DNA from: the human T2T-CHM13v2.0 reference genome, Homo sapiens
Assembly: GCF_009914755.1 (NCBI RefSeq)
Contig: NC_060929.1
Length of the DNA: 64,000 nucleotides
Strand: one strand, 5' to 3'
Shown here: positions 56,781 through 64,000 of the stretch, piece by piece
Numbering within the stretch: the first letter of the stretch is position 1
Layout: each line of letters starts with the position of its first letter
Program-made: the position numbers and the translations under genes
The notes under the pieces: model-generated
Told to the model about the DNA's origin: nothing
What the model saw: the letters and a program-made list of their open reading frames with translations, nothing else
Database searches by the model: none

Positions 56781-56837
56781 ATGGTAATCTTCAGAATCCT
56801 GGGGAGAGTCCAGAATATTCAATAGAGGAAGGATACC
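56781..56837 (-). other. Candidate 57-nt internal exon (host gene not recognised)
   Basis: Minus strand: ttttttttcag|GGTATC...TACCAT|gtacgt. Open in phase 0 (GILPLLNILDSPQDSEDYH); lies in apparently non-repetitive DNA. Confidence 0.3.
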
Positions 56838-58370
56838 CTGAAAAAAAATTACAATGTATGTGGGATATCTGTAAAAATATATATAACAAAGATTAAAATA
56901 ATTACACTTAATAGCATCAAATGGTTTGAATAATAATGAAAGCATGGCATATATAAGTTCACTGGTGGATGAGTGCTGCAAGCTGGCATGGTTAGGGAAA
57001 ACATAATAACTGAATTGGTATTTTTACATAAGAAAGACAAAATAATAACTGAGGAACTAACGAAACAAAATTGTATGAAATGAGATGTCATGAGCAGAGG
57101 AGCTCTTTGTAGCTACCAGGTCAGCTACAAACTTTGTTTTTATTGCCTAGCATTTGGGTGCGTCAAAACAGTATGTTGACTTTAATTCGATGAGAAAGTG
57201 TGTATATATTTTTTATGTCTTAAAATAGACAACAGTAATAATAAAAAATTGGTTTTGAGTGGCAATTTAAATAAAAAATATGGTAGTAAACATGACCCAA
57301 CAAAAAGCTTAGAGATCAGCTTTTTTTAAGAGAAATTACCTGCAAAAAATCCTGATATTATAATTTAATCACATTTTATTGCCTTTAGAAAAATAACATA
57401 TAGATGATTAGAAATTCTGCGGTTAGTTTGCACACAATTTTAGTATTTTCCTCTTCACCTCCAGATAAGGATATACTGTATTAGCTATTTCAATCTTTGC
57501 AACATAAATAAGATTAATTAGTATCAATGTAAGATAATATAAACTGTAAAGAGAAACATTGCAAATTTTTCTTTACATCATACACTAACCTTTAGAATGA
57601 TACCTTTCTTAAAAGCTGAAAGAAATGAGTGCCCAGATATTTGTGAATACGCCATTCTTTTCAAAATTCCTTTAATCTAATTCAGTAAATCAAAAATTTT
57701 GTGTTCATAAAAACTTTTATATTTCACGGGCAATTTGAGGAATTATCTTTTCTTTATTGTACAGGACTTTTGCTTTAAATCAGCCTCTGTAATTATGCCA
57801 TCCTTTGGAGAAGCGAGAAAATAATCACCTTTTTTGTCATTTTAATGTTCTGTGGTTTTCAGACGTAAAAATGTGGTTGAGAAAGAATTCAAAAACTGAT
57901 TTCAGAAATTATTCTAAGGAGGAAAATGTGATTTCACAGATGAAATAATATTTTTACATAAAGCCTCAATTTTCTGATGCCTCAATCTTGAAAGCACTTC
58001 AGTTGGCTCGAGGAGCTGGTCAGCCTACTTCTAGCAGTGACTGTTTGAAATTAACTCTGTTTTGCTTTATATTATTTCCCGGTGTTCACCAGCATTTGGT
58101 CCTTATAAAAAGCCCTCTCTGATAATGCATGTATTTAACAACAAAGTTAATATTCACTAGCAACTTTCTTCTATTTTATTTTAGAATATTTTACTTTCAC
58201 TTTTGCTAACTAATGAGAACACCAATGTTTACTCTAAATCCACTGTCTCCATTCCTATTCCTTGAAAACACTAACCATCAACATTCCTTTGATCTATTGA
58301 TTTTCGAAATGGAGGTCATCTCGATTGTTGTCTTTGGAAAAATATTCACATTAATCTGGAAAATATATCA

Positions 58371-58753
<383 letters not shown>

Positions 58754-59202
58754 CAAAGGTTACGCCACCCATGCCTTGAAAATGTTCCTGATGTTTATCA
58801 GGAACATTATTGGGGCATAAATTGGTATGGTAATAATAGGGGAGTTGATTGTAAAATATTGCTGTGAGAAAATATAATTTTATATATAAAGATATTTGAT
58901 GAAAATGAATTATTTTTAATTAGGTAGAAAACTAGCCTAGTTTTGGACCCCGATACCTAAAGATATTATCAATATAATCTAATGTTCTAAATGATAGCTC
59001 AGTCTATATTTTTTCTGCATTTTTTGTGGTATACAGTACCAGCTGATAAAAGTAATGTATTTTGTGACAATATTTTGTAGACTTACATACATATATGTAT
59101 ATATATGCACACACACTAACATATGATATGATTTTGCAAATATAATTGCCCTAATAATTGCTTATACTTTTTAAATGCAACTATTTGTACTTTAACAATT
59201 AC

Positions 59203-59500
59203 TTTTTTTTTTTGAGATAGGGTGTTGCTTTGTTGCCCAGGCTAAAGCAGTGTAGTGGCCCAGTCATGGCTCACCGCAGCCTTGACCACCTGTGCTCAAA
59301 TGATCCTCCTACCTCAGGCTCTCAAGTAGCTCAGAGCACAGGTGCATGCCCACCATCCAAGCTTTAAAATTTTTTTTTTTTTGTAGAGATGGGGTCTCAC
59401 TATGTTGCCCAGGCTGGTCTTGAACTCTGGGCTCAGGTGATCTACCAGCTGTGGCTTTGTAAAGTGCTGGGATTAGAGGCATGCACCACCACATCCAGCC
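59203..59500 (-). mobile_element. AluJ
   Basis: Diverged antisense Alu with J-type 'catggctcaccgcagccttgacc' and 'gtagagatggggtctcactatgttgcccagg'; aattact occurs on both flanks. Confidence 0.92.
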
Positions 59501-61394
59501 TAAAAAATTACTCCTAAATAACCAATCCTTGGATCAGAAAAAAAATTAATTTTATTATCTAGTCCTTTGTATCATACAGTAATTCTACAGTACTGCTTGT
59601 CCTGTAATTTTCCATTAAATTAATAAAATCATCAGTATAGCTCATGGTGTTACAGGATATTTTCTGATTGACATCTAAACTTTCTTTACTGACAGCTACT
59701 TTTAAAAATCATATTCTAAAGAAACAGACAGAAAAGTATAAATACCAAGCTCTCATATTTCCCTTTACAACAAAAATAAATTAGTATGTCAATTTGAGTC
59801 AATATGCTTTGTATGCAAATAAGATATTTTAGTGCATGATTCTTGCGTTAATATGTTTTTAAAATATAAGTGCAACCGTTAGAGAACAAACTAGCTAAGT
59901 TATTGCCAATGATATCACACATTAAGAAACAAATTATTCAAGATTTTTGTTTAGAACCATATGTAATTATTCCTTTTAACATTGCAGATCACATATGAAA
60001 TGCAGTCTTGATCAAAAAGAAAAAAACAGCTAGAATAAATTCTATTTATACATGAGATCTAACAATCATTACAGAACATCAGTGCTGTTATCTTCACTGT
60101 TTTTATTATTTTTAAATCATAGTGATAATTATGGTAAAAATATTCTTCTATAAAATAGATGATTAAATACAGACACACATTTGAAAAACTCTGAGAAATC
60201 TATTATATACAAATAGCAGGGCTAACGTAAATATTTGTGTTTGAATATATAAAATCGTGAACTATTATTCAAGTTATTTTTTTGCCATTACATAAAATAC
60301 ATCTAGGTTTATCTTTCATAGTCTTTAATATGGAAAAGATATATATGGCAAATAAAAAGTACCAGCAATATGCCATGAATTACACCAAATTGAAGATATA
60401 ATAGTCTTTCTCATTTCATTTAGGTGGTAGGGAAGTTGGAAATAAAAAATTCAATTCTGCATTGCAAAATTGTAAAAGTTAGGCTTGCCAAAAAAAAAAA
60501 TGACAAACTGAATGTACATATTAAATTAACACTTAATATTATATACATATTAAACACTGATATTATACAGCTGTATTCAATGTTTAGATATAGATATTAC
60601 ATTAATATATTTATTCATAATATATTTTATTCACAGTATGACTGTGTGTATTTGGCTTGAAAATGAGAGGCCATTCAGTAGTGCTATTCAAAAAAGGTCA
60701 AGTACAAAGTGACAAATTTGCTTTCATATCTGAATTTCTAACTTGATGATTTTATACTACAATTTTATATATATAAATTGAATTTAAGTGCACATTTTAT
60801 AGAGAAGTGAAGGGTTAGATCATTATTTCCTGCAATTAATACAAAAGTTGAAAGTCTTACACTAAGAGAAAATGAAATCACAAATATATTTTGCTTTTGT
60901 GAGTAGCAAATATGATCATAAATGCATCATAGCATCACTGTGTATATATTAAATATTATTTTATGGTTATAATAAATATACACTTGTAGTTGAATAGAGA
61001 TGATTATTAATATAATTAAACCAGCATTCCCTTTTAAATCTGCTATTGTAAAAACTTTGTCTGGAAAAAAGGTAAGAAAATTGGAAGTATGATACCAAGA
61101 TAATTGTGGCTGCTTGCTCAGAGATATTTTATTGGTGGCATTGCTCTTTTGCATTTATTGTTATCTGGGCTATGACATTGGTTTTCCTGCCACAGAGACA
61201 GACTAGCCATCCCACCACAAGTAGATTTATCTCTCAAATGTTTCATCCCTCCTATTACACTAATTTACCACATCTGAAGGATAAATCCAGATTCACAATT
61301 TATTAATGTGTAGTGAATAAATAAATTATTCTATGGAAAGAATACATGTTATCTTCTGGAAAATGTCTGAATGGAAATTGCCATGTTTTCATTA

Positions 61395-61549
61395 GTAACT
61401 CATTTATGCCAATTGTATACATGTGGGCACTTTGCTAAGCTGTCACACATGATATGTTATTTAATCCTCACAACAGCCCTGCAATTGAGGGCTTTTACTA
61501 TTGACATTTTAGATATAAAGAAACTTATTCATAAGGTCAAGTGACTTAC
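61395..61549 (-). mobile_element. MIR, interrupted by the MSTA provirus (resumes near 63921)
   Basis: 'ggcactttgctaag..atttaatcctcacaacagccct..attttagatataaagaaact..aggtcaagtgactt'. Confidence 0.8.
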
Positions 61550-63915
61550 TGTACTCATCCATTATCACACTGATATAGAGAACTACCTGAGAAAGGGTAA
61601 TTTATGGAGAAAGGAGATTTAATTGCTTCACAGTTCTACAGGCCGCACAGGAAGCATGGCTAGAAGGCCTCAGGAAACTTTCAATCATGACAGAAGCTGA
61701 AGGGGAATCAAGCATATCTTACTATGGAGGAGTAGGATAGAGAGTTAGATAGAAGGGAAAAGTACCACATGCCTTGAAACCATCAGATCCCATGATAACT
61801 CACTATCATGAGAAGAGCAAGGGGAAAATTTGCCCACATAATTCAATTACCTCCCTCCAGGCCCATCTTCAAATTCAAGATGAGATTTGGGCAGGGACAC
61901 AAATCCAAACAATATCATTCCTCCTCTGGCCCCTCCCAAATCTCATGTGCTTCTTACATTGCAAAGTATAATTATCCCTTCTCAATAGTCCCCCAGGGAT
62001 AACTCATTTCAGCATTAACTCAAAAGTTCACAGTCCAAACTCTCATCTGAGAAAAGGTAAGTCCCATACATGTATGAGTCAGCAAAATCAAAAACAAGTT
62101 AGTTACTTTTAAGATCCAATGGGGTTACAGGCATTGGGTAAATGCTCCCATTCCAAATGGAAGAAATTAGTAAAAACAAAGGGGCCACAGGGTCCATGCA
62201 AGTCCAAAACACAGCAGGGCAGTCATTAAATCTTACAGCTCCAAAACAATCTTTTTTGTCTTCATGTCTCACATCCAGGCACACTGATGCAAAAGGTGGG
62301 ATTCTGAGGTCTTGAGCAGCTCTGCCCCCATGGCTCATCAGGGAACACCCTGCCACTGCTTTCATGGGCTGGTGTTGACTTCTTCTTGACTTATCCAGGC
62401 ATGTGGTGCAAGCTGTCAGTGGATCTACCATTCAGGGGTCTGGAGAACAGTGACCCTCTTCTCACAGCTTCACTACGCAGTGCCCCAGTTGGGACTCTGT
62501 ATGGGGCCTCCAACCTCACATTTTCCCTCTACACTGCCCTACTAGTGATTCTCTGTGAGGGCTCTGCTCCTGCAACAGACTTCTGCCTGGACATCCAGGT
62601 GTCTCCACACATCCTCTGAAACCTAGGTCAAGGTTCCCAAACCTCAACTCTTGCCTTCTGTGTACCTGCATACCCAACACCATGGGGAAGCCACCAAGTC
62701 TTGGGGCTTCTTACACCCTATGAAGCAATGGCCTGAGCTGTATGTTGGCCCCTTTTAGCCACAGCTGGAGCTCAAATGACTGAGACACAAGATGCCATGT
62801 CCTGAGGCTACAAAAAGCAAACAGGCCCTGAGTCTGGCCCAAGAAACCATTTTTCTCTCCTAGGCCTCCAGGCCTGTGATAGGATGAGCTGCCCTAAAGT
62901 TCTCTGACATGGCCTAGAGACATTTTCTCTATTATCTTGGCTATTAGCATTCAGCTCCTCTTTAATTATGCAAATTTCTGCAGCAGGCTTTAATTTCTCC
63001 CCCAAAATTGGGTTTTTCTTTTCTACCACATTGCCTTGCTGCAAATTTTCCAAACTTTTATGCTCTGCTTCCCTTTTAAATGTAAGTTCCAATTTCAGAC
63101 CATCTCTTTCTTCAAGCATATGACTGTATGCATTTAGAAAAAGCCAGGGTCCATCTTGAATGCTTTGCTACTTAGAAATTTCTTCTGCCAGATACCCAAA
63201 ATCATCTCTTTCAAGTTCAAAGTTCTAAAGGTCACTAGGTCAGGGACAAAATGTCTCTAGTCCCTTTGCTAAAGCATAGCAAGAGTCACCTTTACTCCTA
63301 TTCCCAGTAAGTTCCTCATCTCCATTTGAGACCATCTCAGCCTGGACTTTATTGTCCATATCACTATCAGCATTTTGGTCAAAACAAAACGACAAATTTT
63401 TAAGAAGTTCCAAACTTTCCCACATCTTCTTGTCTTCTTCTGAGCCCTCCAAACTGTTCCACCCTCTGTCTGTTACCCAGTTCAGAAGTTGATACTTTCA
63501 AGTATTTTTATAGCAGTGTCCCAATCTCCTGGTACCAATTTTCTGTCTTAATTTTTTTTTCACACTGTTATAAATAACTACATGAGACTGGGTAATTTAT
63601 GAAAAAAAGAACTTTAATTGACTCATAGTTCTGCAGGCTGTGCAGAAATCATGGCTAGGAGGCCTCAGGATACTTACAACCATGGAGGAAGGTAAAAGGG
63701 AATCAAGTACATCTTACAATGGTGGAGTAGGAGAGAGAGAGAGAGAGAAGAATAAAATGCCACACATTTTTAAATTATCAGATCTCATGAGAACTCATTC
63801 ACTATCATGAGAACAGCAAGGGGGAAACCCTCCTTATTATCCAATCACTTCCCACCAGTTCCCTCCTCCAATTTGACATGAGATTAGGGTAGGGACAGAG
63901 ATCCAAACCATACTA
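61550..63915 (-). mobile_element. Full-length MSTA-like MaLR provirus: 3' LTR 61550-61917, internal 61918-63543, 5' LTR 63544-63915
   Basis: Two ~370-bp MSTA-type LTRs ('ggcctcagga.actt.caa.catg', 'gggaca.a.atccaaac.ata') flank a ~1.6-kb internal region; TSD cttac / cctac. Confidence 0.93.
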
Positions 63916-64000
63916 CCTACCCGAGTTTAAATTGTTAGTAGATGACATAGCTGTAGCAAAAATCCACATTCTACTAAGTAACCTCTGTGGTACTACTCTG

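Noticed and set aside
57840-57950. Plus-strand acceptor (ggttttcag) followed by a short open frame
   Set aside because: The frame ends in a stop after about 27 codons, with no clear donor or recognisable homology.

Overview
This is AT-rich, repeat-dense primate genomic DNA, most likely human or another great ape, since it carries AluY and an L1PA2-type insertion. It looks intergenic or deep intronic. I recognise no protein-coding gene. The ORFs I can assign come from Alu, L1, MaLR (THE1/MST) or low-complexity sequence, and the rest match no protein I know. The window holds ancient nested L1M elements (mostly minus strand), younger L1PA insertions with target-site duplications (TSDs), 9 Alus plus a monomer, two full-length MaLR proviruses (THE1C-like on +, MSTA-like on -), many solo LTRs, DNA-transposon relics (MER1, MER63, Tigger3, two MADE1) and several STRs. 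I found no convincing new multi-gene system. The best second-look signals are: (1) a perfect 21-bp-stem, 61-nt pre-miRNA-sized hairpin in apparently unique DNA at 40040-40100; (2) a TSD-flanked, tailless retrocopy of the 5' half of a tRNA-Arg(TCT), apparently from the unspliced precursor, at 2186-2233; (3) a candidate 57-nt exon at 56781-56837 (-); (4) several insertion-associated deletions and template-switch palindromes. Repeat subfamily names come from my recall of consensus sequences and need RepeatMasker/Dfam confirmation.
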